Position numbers and translations under genes: made by a program. From contig NC_045138.2 of NCBI RefSeq assembly GCF_008831285.2, positions 36,952,001 through 37,016,000 on the forward strand: a stretch of 64,000 nucleotides of DNA. Reading direction: 5' to 3'. Origin of the DNA: Nymphaea colorata (taxonomy: Eukaryota). This document shows positions 39,588-49,886 of the stretch, piece by piece (within the stretch, counting starts at the first letter, position 1; each line of letters starts with the position of its first letter). Below the pieces are notes generated by a model. That model saw only the letters and a list, made by a program, of their open reading frames with translations. It was not told the origin of the DNA and did no database searches.

Positions 39588-41941
39588 TGATAAACGATGA
39601 ACCGGCGAAAACCAAATTTTGATTAATTGCATTGTAAACAAATTACAATATTTATACACAAGTGAGCATAACGTCCAAGCGTTATCTCATCCTCAGAAAA
39701 AGGAAACAAAGAAGAGGTTATACAACTGCAAGATCTTAGAAAGATACAACTTGCATATATATAGACTGGATTTGTGTAACGTCTAACACTCTCCTTCAAG
39801 TTGGAGCTCTTGGATCAATTAAGGCCAACATGTTGGGTCGAGTCCAGCCTCAAAAGAGGACCCGACCCGGCCCGTCACTTAAGTGACGGGCGGGTGAAGG
39901 AGAGGGCACCCGATGGTGCCCCTCCCTCTTACGACGCCTCACACATCTCTCTCTCTCTCTCGTTAATTCATTTGGGGAAAAAGAAGAGGGTTTCCTCTTG
40001 TGGCTGCTCACATCAAGAGGAGAGGAAGAAGAGGAAGGCAAGGAAGAGAAAAGGAAAAGCAAGGCACGTGGGTCGATTGGCACGCCAAGAAGAAAGAGGA
40101 AAGACAAAGAAGGAAAAATGAAGGGAGTCTTCATTGGGTGATTTCTTTCTTGAATCTTTGGGGCTCTTTCTTTCATTCGCATAAGAGAGTGTTATTGTTC
40201 TCTTGAGTTCACCGTTTTTCTTAAAACAGTAGGGATATTGTTGCTCGTGTATTTGGCTCCCTTTCTTGATATATAGAAAGTCTCTCTTGCCCGTGGTTTT
40301 TTACCCCATTATTGGGGTTTTTTCACGTAAATTGGTCTCCTATTTTTCTGCATTATTTAGCATATATTTTGACGTATATTGCTGCAATAGTGGTGTTGGA
40401 AACTCGTTCTTTTGCTCGCTGCCCTGTGATTCCGTTTTTAGCAGTTTTGTGGTGGATTGACCTCTTTTATTGTTGTTGAGCATTCTTTTGGGGGACACGA
40501 CTATAACACAACATACCTTTTAACTTGAAAAATGGTTCCTTTCTTAATGGCTTTGTAGAGATATCAGCAACTTGATTTTCAGAGTGTAGTGTTTGGTGCA
40601 GATTTCTTTACTTTGGATTTTCTCGCTAACAACGTGACAGACGATATCTATATGCTTAGTCCTTTCATGAAATATCGGGTTTGCAGCGATATGTATTGCT
40701 GCATTATTGTCACAATATAACTCAATAGGTTGCGCATGAATGATTCCAAAGTCTTTGAGAATATATTTTATCAAAGTCATTTCACAAGTGGCTAGAGTCA
40801 TGGCTCTATACTTTGCTTCTGCTGAGATTGCTTCTTGACCTTCCATGATATTGAGTTGTTTTTCCATGAATATACAAAATCCAGAAGTTGATCTCCTTGT
40901 CATTGGGCATGAGGGAGGCCCAGTCCGAGTCACAAAATCCTTTAACAACGATGTTGCTATTAGATGATAAAAGGATACCATGTCCAGACGAGGACTTAAT
41001 ATATCGAAAAATGCAAAAGGCCAGTTCCAAGTGAGTAGTTCTTGAGTGTGTCATGAACTGACTTAAAATATGAACACTATGAGAATATTCGGTCATGTGA
41101 TGGTCAAATAGACTAGGCGATCAATGATTTTTTGAAGAAAGTAGGGTCTTCTAACAATTGACCTTTTTCATCATCAACCTTTAGATGTTATTCCATTGGT
41201 GTTTCACTCGGTTTGGCTCCACTATATCCAGCTTCATGGAGAGTGTCCATTGTATATTTCTTTTGAAAAAAAAAAAATTCACAAAGTATTTTAGTTCTCT
41301 CACATCTTTCAATTGAAATTGACCATTGATGACGACTTTCAACTGATCAATGACTTGTCGATTGTCTCCTACAATAATAATGTCGTCGACATATACCACA
41401 ATAAAAATGTTGTCATGCTTGTTAACCTTAGAGAACAATGAGTAATCTGCTTTATATTGAAAAAAATCAAGGTGTTGAAGGAACTCAGTGAGTTTAAAAA
41501 ACCAATTCTGAGATAACTGTTTCAACCCATAAAGAGATTTCTTTAGCCGACAGACAATGTTCTCCCCTTGTCGGGTAAAACCAGGTGGAGGTCGGTAGGT
41601 GGAGATGACCAGGAAACAAAGGAACAAGGGCGCTGGGACCTTGTGGCAGAAAGGGGAACGATGGCTGATGGCAAGATTCTGCTGAGGAATGCCGGCACTG
41701 GGAAAGATCAAGATGAAGCAGATTCTTCTCGTGCTCGCCCTGGTCGATTTCAACCTGTCTCTAATACCATAATAAACGATGAACCGGCGAAAACCAGATT
41801 TTGATTAATTGCATTGTAAACAAATTACAATATTTATACACAAGTGAGCATAACGTCCAGCATCTCATCCTCAGAAAAATGAGCGAGATCTTGGAAAGAT
41901 ACAACTTGCATATATAGACTGGATTTGTGTAACGTCTAACA
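39588..41941 (-). mobile_element. Internally deleted Ty1/Copia LTR retrotransposon
   Basis: 5' LTR 41770-41941 and 3' LTR 39588-39788 (TGTTAGACG...TTTATCA; the 5' copy ends TTA). PBS TGGTATTAGAG is tRNA-Met-like (41759-41769); PPT GAAGGAGAG abuts the 3' LTR; 5-bp TSD GATGC (39583-39587, 41942-41946). Degenerate RT (CRLKKSLYGLKQ, VYVDDIII) and RNase H (GFCDSDWAS, YCDNNAAIHIAANPIFHERTKHIDI) carry stops and frameshifts. Confidence 0.95.
39831..40508. mobile_element. Solo LTR (678 bp) nested in the Copia RNase H C-terminus
   Basis: TGTT...AACA termini with a 5-bp TSD CAACA (39826-39830, 40509-40513). Removing it restores the host pol end KLKGMLALIDPRAPT*. It contains the motif cccgtggttttttaccc...ggggtttttcacgtaa, which resembles Copia LTRs. 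Confidence 0.88.
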
Positions 41942-43665
41942 GATGCGAGGCCTCCTCCGGCGGCTGCAAGTACCTGCAATCCGAGATCGAGTACTGCCAG
42001 AGCGTGAACGTGAAGGTCCTGCTCTCCATCGGCGGCTTCGACGCCACCTACCGGCTGCCCAACGAGGAGGAGGCCCACCACCTCGCCGCCCACGTCTACG
42101 ACGTCTACCTCAGCGGCTACGGCGTGGACGGGCCGCTTTATAAACAGGAGGACGCTCCTTTTATTTAATACTGGAAAACATGACAAAATGTGATCTCATA
42201 AATATGCATCTTCCCTTTAAGCATGAACTAATAAATTTATGAACTTTCCTGAGAAAAAAAAGAACAAGAAAAATGGATCACTCGTTTTTAACACTCGCTA
42301 TGGTAAGAATAAGATCACACTACGGAACCTTAAAAGAACAACACCGTGTAAAAGCTCAAGAAAAATAATGATAGGATTCGAACTTGATCCGGCTGACAAG
42401 CAAATGAGGGCTGTTGAGTTACACAACGCTGCGTGAGTTACGAAACCTGATAGCACGCACATTAAGTTGTTAGAATATGTATCTGTGGCGACCCGGCTTA
42501 TACTGATACGGTTGTACATGAATCTGCTCAAGACGCAAGTGTGAAGTTTCTCCCATAATGAATGAAACGGCTCGGAGCTTGAAACCGTGTCAACCGTCAG
42601 TTTTGTAGCATTCATCTACAGATTATGGCTTAACAAATTTTTGCAGGGTCCATCTAGTTGGGATCTGATGGATCTTGAGACTTTGGGGGTTGTTCATCAT
42701 GTAGATAATGTGCCTTGGATGGCCTTCCTGCCGTGGCCCTTGGACCTGATCTGTGGAAAACCGCCTGTGCCAGAGGTGATAGCACTAACCCACGTCCCTC
42801 AGTGGATGGTTTTACCTAGCAAGCAAACTGTGTTTAGAGAGAGAGAGAGAGAGATTTAAATGCATGAACAGGCAGTGACACAAATAATTCGCAAGATGGC
42901 ATTGTGTTTCCATCCTTGACCTTTATCCAGATTCAATAACAACAAAGAATTTGTTTATGCTTCAACACCTGCAGCTCTTATTGCCCACAGCGAACATTGT
43001 TAAACCAGAAATATCCACTAATAAACAACATCGCATCTCCCGGCTGCTCTAATAATATGAACAAGATCCTTCATTTGCAGCACAAAAGCCCCCACTACAT
43101 AGTTAAGATCTTGTTTACATGATAGCACTACAGCATGTACATGAATGCCATCAATATCTCCTATACAATCCTATATGTAATTAAAAAGATTAACTGTTTA
43201 TTACATTGGCATTGTAAGAATTTAGAATCCGTGTAATTATCTTAAACTATATCTGAAAATGATAGTTGCCTAGCACCTTAGATGGAGTTTCTTTATTTAG
43301 CTGTTGGGTATAATCTTGTCTCAATTGACAAATTGCACACATGACAATATTAACATACTGATTGTTTGTCCCAAATAAGGAAATGTGATTTGACATGCAC
43401 AATTGAGCTAATTATGTCCAGTGTTTAAAGAAATATGGATACTTGTCCTTCCACACCAATGTTATGACTTACGAGCATCTTCCAATAAATTTTTTACTTA
43501 TCATTCTCATGTGACAACATATGCGTACATGAGCATTTGCAGGTGATAACATACACATACATGAATAAAAATCGAGTTTCCCCCATAACAAATTGAGATT
43601 TGACATCAAATGAAATTTTCCTCACAAAAAATCAAGATTGCAGAAGTGGATGGCAGTACCATACC

Positions 43666-44509
43666 TAAAATTCGTGATAGCTTTTTCATCAGCCAAGACA
43701 GCCGCATCTCAGGGTCAAGGTTGGTGAAGACTAGTGTGTGGTTGTCCGTTAACATTTCAAGAGCTCTTATATGGATATCATCTATTTCCCCTGCAGCACG
43801 CATAGCTTCCAGTATTTTTGGCACAAACACCATATCGGTAATTAGAAGAACCTTGTACAATTGCCTGCACATTGTTGGCTATGTCATTCAACAATGTCAA
43901 GTAATGATCACCATTTTGCAATTTCCTTTTTTTGATTTGCCAGTGTGGAATGGACAGAATCGCTACCCTCACTCATGGACATGCTACTGCATGTATCTTT
44001 GTAGTCACCAGTGGCATTAGAGTCTCCAAATATCTCTAGAAAATAGAAATTCTTCATAGTATTTCCATGCTTGTTTGTTCTTCTATTTTCTTCTATCTGG
44101 GTATTTTTGCAACATGTTGCATGGTCACACACTTAAGCAAAGATTAATTGATAATGCAAATAAACAAACTCTGCATACAGTTACCTGAAAGTACTCTGCC
44201 CAAACACTAGGATCAACAGCGATACACTTATCATTAGGGTCCAAACTAAACCCATTCGTATTCAAAATCTCTTTGCACATTGTTAAACTTTGTTTTCCAG
44301 ACTTTAAGCTATTTTTTATTCTCCTTTGTGAAAGCAGGCCCATACTTTTCAATCATTTTCTTCTCAATCACTAAATATGCCTTTTCTTTAGCCCTCTCCT
44401 TGATCTTATACCAGGTGTTTGTGCCTGCTCCAGTAAAAGTTGAACTAAATACTCCATTTGTTCACCATTCCAAAGCAGCATCACCCCTTGATATCCCAGA
44501 ATCTTTCAT
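43666..44509 (-). pseudogene. Myb/SANT-like DNA-binding domain gene relic (PIF/Harbinger ORF1-like), frameshifted
   Basis: Exon 44185-44519 reads, across frameshifts, WNGEQMEYLVQLLLEQAQTPG...KEKAYLVIEKKMIEKYGPAFTKE...IKNSLKSGKQSLTMCKEILNTNGFSLDPNDKCIAVDPSVWAEYFQ. The next exon has LEIFGDSNATG and the C-terminal RALEMLTDNHTLVFTNLDPEMRLSWL, typical of Myb_DNA-bind_3 (At2g29880-like) proteins. Confidence 0.75.
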
Positions 44510-46399
44510 ATCTGATGTGCTGCAAGAATGTAAGCAAACATATATCACACATTAGACACACAGCTACATTTATGAACAAGTGCATGCTCGTAAGAACAAG
44601 TATATGCACCCATGCAAGTAAAGTACCGATCAAACTTAACACACAAAGCACACACACAAATAGATAGAGAGAGAGAAGATATATATATAATTATATATAT
44701 ATTCCATAAAATCCAAATATACATTCAATTAAGCAAGATCAAGAAGAAATTGTCCTGTTATGGATTCCTAGAAACGACAAACCAAAGGAAATGAGTGCTT
44801 ATAAGGGAATCCACTATTTCAAAATTTAATTGAGGCAACATAGCAAATGCCACCAAAAATGGTAAGCATCTCTTCTTGCTGTCCAGAAAATGACTATTTT
44901 ACCGGCAATACTACTGTAAAGGCACACATCAGGAACGATTTGTACCTAGTCTCTAACCTGAAAAGCCATTTGGTATTACTCTATATGTTTGATGGTTTCA
45001 ACAAAATATTTGTGTACAAGTTTTTGGACGGAACAAGATCATGGTGTGAGTAGCTAGAAAAACTTATGACTATTTGATTGGTGGAAAACAAGGTGCGCAT
45101 TTGAATTGTTTTTCGTTTTTTTTTTTTTTTTGTGTTCAATCAAATAAAGGTTAAAAGAATTAGCATTAAATTGAGAATTGGTTTGATGACCATAGTGATC
45201 TACTGATATGGTGTGGACTCTCACTCTGTTTCTGTCTCTGTCTCTCTCTTGCTCTCGCTCTCTCTCGGCTAACCAGAACAGACGATAGATACAAAGCTAT
45301 GACATCTAACAAAATTATAAAACCAGAACATATGATATATGCTGATTACAAAACAATGTATTCCATCTATATAGCCCCTACATTTGGACGTGCAAGTTGA
45401 CCTGGAAATGCATTATAACCTGCCTCCAATATAACCAGAAAATAAATTAAACCTGAATAGAACGTAAACACCAAACTGAACTAAAAATCCACACAAGTTT
45501 ATTTTGAGCTCAACCGTATTTCAACCAACGCTATTATATAACATTCTATAAGCAAAACAAGTTACATAATTCTACATATATATAACAAAAAAGGACAGTA
45601 AAAACAAAGATTCAAGTTCAATCACCACACTCCGAAAGTCAGGAACTGCGCCACAAAGACTTTCACAAGGGTTATCTCAGAGACATTGGAAGCAGCAAAA
45701 CGTATCCAAGTCCAAGAAGTATCCATTATAAAGAGGATTTTGAAAACATGTTTCAGATATCAAGGGCATTGACTATTGAAAACCAGTAAAAACTAGCGCA
45801 TATTAGAGACATACCCGAAATAGGGAAAATGAACATAATAGGGGGGAAGGGCTTTTCGGGAAATGAAACGGGGGAAAAATACAAAGAAACAGAGGAGCAC
45901 AAACGGAAGAAAAATAAGAGGAGAAGAAGGAAACAAAGTAAATCCGAGCAATGTATGCACTTGAGCGGGAGAGAAGAGAGGGATAGAACACAATAACTGA
46001 AAGACGCTCAACGTTGGTCAAAGCAGCATGTCACTGGAACAACGACAGGTCGCCAGAACGGCAACAGGATATAGGAGAAACCAAAAGCCCCCTCATCAAG
46101 CGCGGTTTTAAACATAAATAGAGCGACCAAGAGGGAAGGAGAAGGAGAGAGAGAGATGGACGGTAGGGCCATACCTCGAACAACCACAGCGGAGAAACAG
46201 AATGCCGCCGGAGAAACCGGATGCAGCCGGAGCAGGAAATTGAAACGCGGGGATGCAGAAGAGGAGGCAGGCGCGGCCGCGAAGAGGAAGCGACTGCTGC
46301 GAAGAGGGGGAGGATCGCAACCCTGAAATGGCGATATGGTTTTCCCGCAATACGAACCGGCATAAAAATGCTGCCTTTGATGACCGATGACAACTTTTG

Positions 46400-46472
46400 A
46401 AAACCGGAATTCTTCTCCCCGGTTTCAATTCCCTTCTCCCCGGTTTCAATTCCAGGGCCATCAAACGCGCAC
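46400..46472. mobile_element. Harbinger-like terminal inverted repeat with subterminal repeats
   Basis: ccggtttcaattcc occurs twice (about 46419 and 46440), followed by ccatcaaacgcgcac (reverse complement gtgcgcgtttgatgg), which resembles PIF/Tourist TIRs. No partner TIR was found. Confidence 0.4.
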
Positions 46473-46883
46473 TAGAATTATGGCACCGAATATCCAATAT
46501 ATTACTCATTGTCACTGCCACGCATCTCATGCTTCTGCAGCTGTGGGCTTTTGGTACGTCTCGAAGAATCCCACGCGGTATACTGTTAGTAAGTAGGTGA
46601 GGCAATACAAACATGTCCGCAACTAGACCACCCAAAGTCATTGCTTCTATCTGAAAATGTTTATCCTCAAACTCTGTGGTTCCTACAATCCAATTAATTG
46701 CAGGTGCAAGGCGAAGCCTCCTGTGCCCAACGTTTTCAACTTTACTTCTATTATGATTCTACATGGAAGGTTGATGTATGAAACTGAAGAGCTTCCAATT
46801 ACTCTGCTTTCGTCCCTAACCACGCAGCGTCTAGTAATCTTTTCGTGGTCATTCTCAATCCTTCAATTATTCAATATCCAAAC

Positions 46884-48260
46884 TCATACTGAACCTCCTA
46901 ACTCTATTGAGCTACACCCAGGATTTTTAACTACATTTGTCTCCTTCATACAATCTCTCACCCTCCCTGCATCCTCAAACCTTCCAGCAGCAGCGTACAT
47001 ATTGGCCAGCAGAACATGGTAACCTGCTCTACAAGGCTCCAACTCAAGCAGCTTCCTTGCCGCCCTCTCACCCACATCCACATTACCGTGCACTCTGCAA
47101 GATGCCAGCAGCGCACCCCAAACAGCTCCATCAGCATCCATTGGCATCTCCGATATGAACTTCTCAGCTTCCTTTAAGAGTCCAGCTCTACCCAATGTAT
47201 CCACCATGCAAGCGTAATGTTTTAGCTCGCTCACAATACCAAACCTCTCCATCATTCTAAAACATTGCAGCGCTTCATCAACCATACCAGCGTGCGCGCA
47301 TGCAGACAGAACACCAATGAAAGTGACGGAATTTGGATTAACCTTCGCCACCTTCATCCTCTGGAACAACTCAAATGCCTCTTCTCCACGCCCATGAATC
47401 CCATACCCAACAACCATCGTGCTCCAAGAAACAACATCTCTCTCCGGCATTTCATCGAAAAGGTAACCAGCAACCCTGAAATTTCCATTTTTAACATACA
47501 TATCCAGTAAGGCATTCCCCAAACTCAAACCCCATCTGGAAAACCTCCTGACAACCCATCCATGAACACTCCTCCCATGTCTCAAGCAACCCAACTGGCT
47601 GCACGCCAGAAGTAAGCTCACCATCACAACTTCATCGAGTTCCAAATTCTCCGCAGCCATCGCCCTGTATATCTCCACAGCCTCCTCCACCAACCCGCTC
47701 TGCGCATACCCTGACACCATGGTCGTCCACAGCACAGAATCTCGCACAGGCATTTCGTCAAACAATTTCCTTGCATCGACAATTCTGCCCAGTCCAGCGT
47801 ACAGAAACACCAAAGCCGACGCAACGTAGAGATTTCTCTCAAATCCCGCTTTCGAGCAAAACCCATGAATCTGAAGCCCCAAACTCAGGTTGGTGTCGAT
47901 CGCACATGCTCGTAACACAAGGGGAAGCGTGAAAACGTCCGGCTTCTGGCTGGATTCCAGCATCTGGGTGAAGACGGAAATCGATTTTCTTGCCAGCCCG
48001 GCGCGGGAAAGCTCGCCGATAATAATGTTCCAAGAGTATATGTTTCTGTTGGGCATGTGGAGAAAGACAGAGTACGCGTCTGGGAGGAGCCGACCATGCT
48101 TGGAGTACATAAGGACGAGCTTCGAGCTCAACACCACGTTGTCGTAGAGGCCGTTACGCAGCAAACGGGCGTGCAGGTGACGAAGACTTCTGGCGTTCGG
48201 GGAGCAGTCGAGAAGACGGAAGAAGGCAGAGATCGTCGCCCTGAGCTCGCATGGCTGCAT
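46884..48260 (-). CDS. Pentatricopeptide repeat protein, PLS class with E domain, no DYW (At4g14170-like organellar RNA-editing factor)
   Basis: Intronless ORF of about 458 aa from ATG 48260. PLS repeats (RNIYSWNIIIG, PDVFTLPLVLRAC, RDVVSWSTMVVGYGIHG, TFIGVLSACAHAG, HYACMVDTLGRAG) are followed by an E domain (VWGALLASCRVHG) ending at the PG box KNPGCSSIE. The N-terminus HLHARLLRNGLYDNVVLSSKLVL resembles At4g14170 from memory. Confidence 0.93.
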   Translation of the reverse strand: MQPCELRATISAFFRLLDCSPNARSLRHLHARLLRNGLYDNVVLSSKLVLMYSKHGRLLPDAYSVFLHMPNRNIYSWNIIIGELSRAGLARKSISVFTQMLESSQKPDVFTLPLVLRACAIDTNLSLGLQIHGFCSKAGFERNLYVASALVFLYAGLGRIVDARKLFDEMPVRDSVLWTTMVSGYAQSGLVEEAVEIYRAMAAENLELDEVVMVSLLLACSQLGCLRHGRSVHGWVVRRFSRWGLSLGNALLDMYVKNGNFRVAGYLFDEMPERDVVSWSTMVVGYGIHGRGEEAFELFQRMKVAKVNPNSVTFIGVLSACAHAGMVDEALQCFRMMERFGIVSELKHYACMVDTLGRAGLLKEAEKFISEMPMDADGAVWGALLASCRVHGNVDVGERAARKLLELEPCRAGYHVLLANMYAAAGRFEDAGRVRDCMKETNVVKNPGCSSIELGGSV

Positions 48261-49660
48261 GAAGAGCAACGGAGTTCGGTCCTCTCAGCCGCTGCGTCTC
48301 CCTCGTGCTGCCGCTCGAACGAAGAAGGTCGCGCGCATGAAATTTTAGCGCGAAATTTCAAACACATAACAAAGTGTGCCGTCGAATCTGTATACGAAAC
48401 TTCAACCTAAAAAAGCTTCTTTTGTTGTCAATTTAAAATTTACGCACAACTTAAAACATGTCGTTTTGAACATTGAATAAGCGTGACAAAGATTCATACC
48501 ATTAATTAGCGATCAAACAATTAAATTGGATATAGTTGAAGCGGTTACCAGATCCTTCTTTTCTTATATATTAAACCAAGATAGGAATCACATGGTCTGT
48601 CAATTTTAAAGAGATCAAAGGTGGCACACTAAGTTAAAAAAACTATAGAAACGTGACAGTTTTTTCGAAAAACTGAAAACCCTTTAAAAAATACACTGGG
48701 TCTCCGTTCAAGAAAAGTCAATTATTTCTCTCTCTAAGGTATTCAACAATTTGGCTTTTATATATTCAACTTAATCCTAGCATCTTCAACCTAATCTTAG
48801 CACCTGGTTTCTACTAAATCTAATATATGAAGGTCTAGTAACTACTAAAAGGATATCTGTATAAGTGCACGTTCAAGTACATAGATTCTACTACAACAAT
48901 AAGTATGGCAGGGCTGAGTATGTTTGAATGCAGCCTGGGATACAACCAAAGTAAGTGATTGAGGTGAGCTGGGCCCATTTAATATTTTTGGTTGGAAAGT
49001 CATTTCACTACCTAAGCCTGACCTAACGCTAAAAAAACTTATATACATAGCAATACCTAAGAACATTTAATGGGCCTCCATGTCTCTGCCCAATAAGCTA
49101 TATGGAGTAGACTGGGCTGATATCGGTTTAAGGGTCGTTTTCATAACCCAATTGAGGCCCAATGCCCGGTCTCAGTATCACATCTGAGAATTGGTGAATG
49201 ATTCTCATCTGATTTAGGGGTTTATCAAATCCTATTGTCCCAAGCCCAACATGTTATAGTTTCACTAATTGAGCTGGCTAAGACCTTAATGGACATATAA
49301 TTATAGAAACGGATGCAAAGTGTCTAATAAATACCAAAAAAAAAAAACTGGTGTTTAGATTGAATTATGAATAAAAAATAAAAGAACATGATATGCTTAA
49401 ACTTTGTTCAATCTAGGCATTGGATATTTCATGACTTTATCAAGTAATAATGTATAATACATTTTAGCCATTAAATTTGTGGGAAAAAGAAAACCACTTG
49501 AAATATAGCAGAGGACCTGAATTAATGGCACTCTTAAGCCATCTTTCTTCAAAGGGCACAAGGGCAGAACTCTCTCTCTTGAAAAGTCCAAGTGAAGTTC
49601 TTGCCTGCCAACTTTGAAAATAATAAATGAAAGTTATAAACCGCAGTCTCGTTTTCATTA

Positions 49661-49886
49661 GGATGTGTCTGTTTGACCGTGACTCATATCTGAGATACCT
49701 ATGATCTCAAATCCCTGGATTTAAGATTGGATCCCCCCCCCCCCCCAACACACACACTATTTTTTCAAACTCGACCTTAATTATGTGGTTTTCAACATGC
49801 TACTGTGAGATCCAAACTAAGGATTTTCCAAAATACACATTTTTATGCAGTCTTGAATCCAAGATGCAAGGCTATCAAACACAACC
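49661..49886. mobile_element. Tourist-like MITE
   Basis: Imperfect TIRs ggatgtgtctgtttgac...tatcaaacacaacc, with TTA on both flanks (49658-49660, 49887-49889). Confidence 0.55.

Larger units (their letters stand above)
39347..42139 (+). pseudogene. GH18 class III chitinase (hevamine/XIP-like) pseudogene, interrupted by an LTR element and 3'-truncated
   Basis: 5' part (39347-39587): signal-peptide-like PLLPLLLLLCMFSALTAHA, then GMALY*G (TGA at 39448 where class III has IYWG), frameshifts, and TRQFEQVNIAFLTDFGYEKPPKTDFGTGC. 3' part (41947-42139), in frame once the element and one TSD are removed: EASSGGCKYLQSEIEYCQSVNVKVLLSIGGFDATYRLPNEEEAHHLAAHVYDVYLSGYGVDGPL. Similarity stops before the DGxDFDIE motif. 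Confidence 0.85.

Noticed and set aside
41761..42186. 141-aa minus-strand ORF and 66-aa plus-strand ORF
   Set aside because: Antisense and off-frame readings of the chitinase relic running into the LTR.
46031..46641. 120-aa and 177-aa minus-strand ORFs
   Set aside because: They span the TIR-like repeats and a leader-like GA/CT block, with no domain features.
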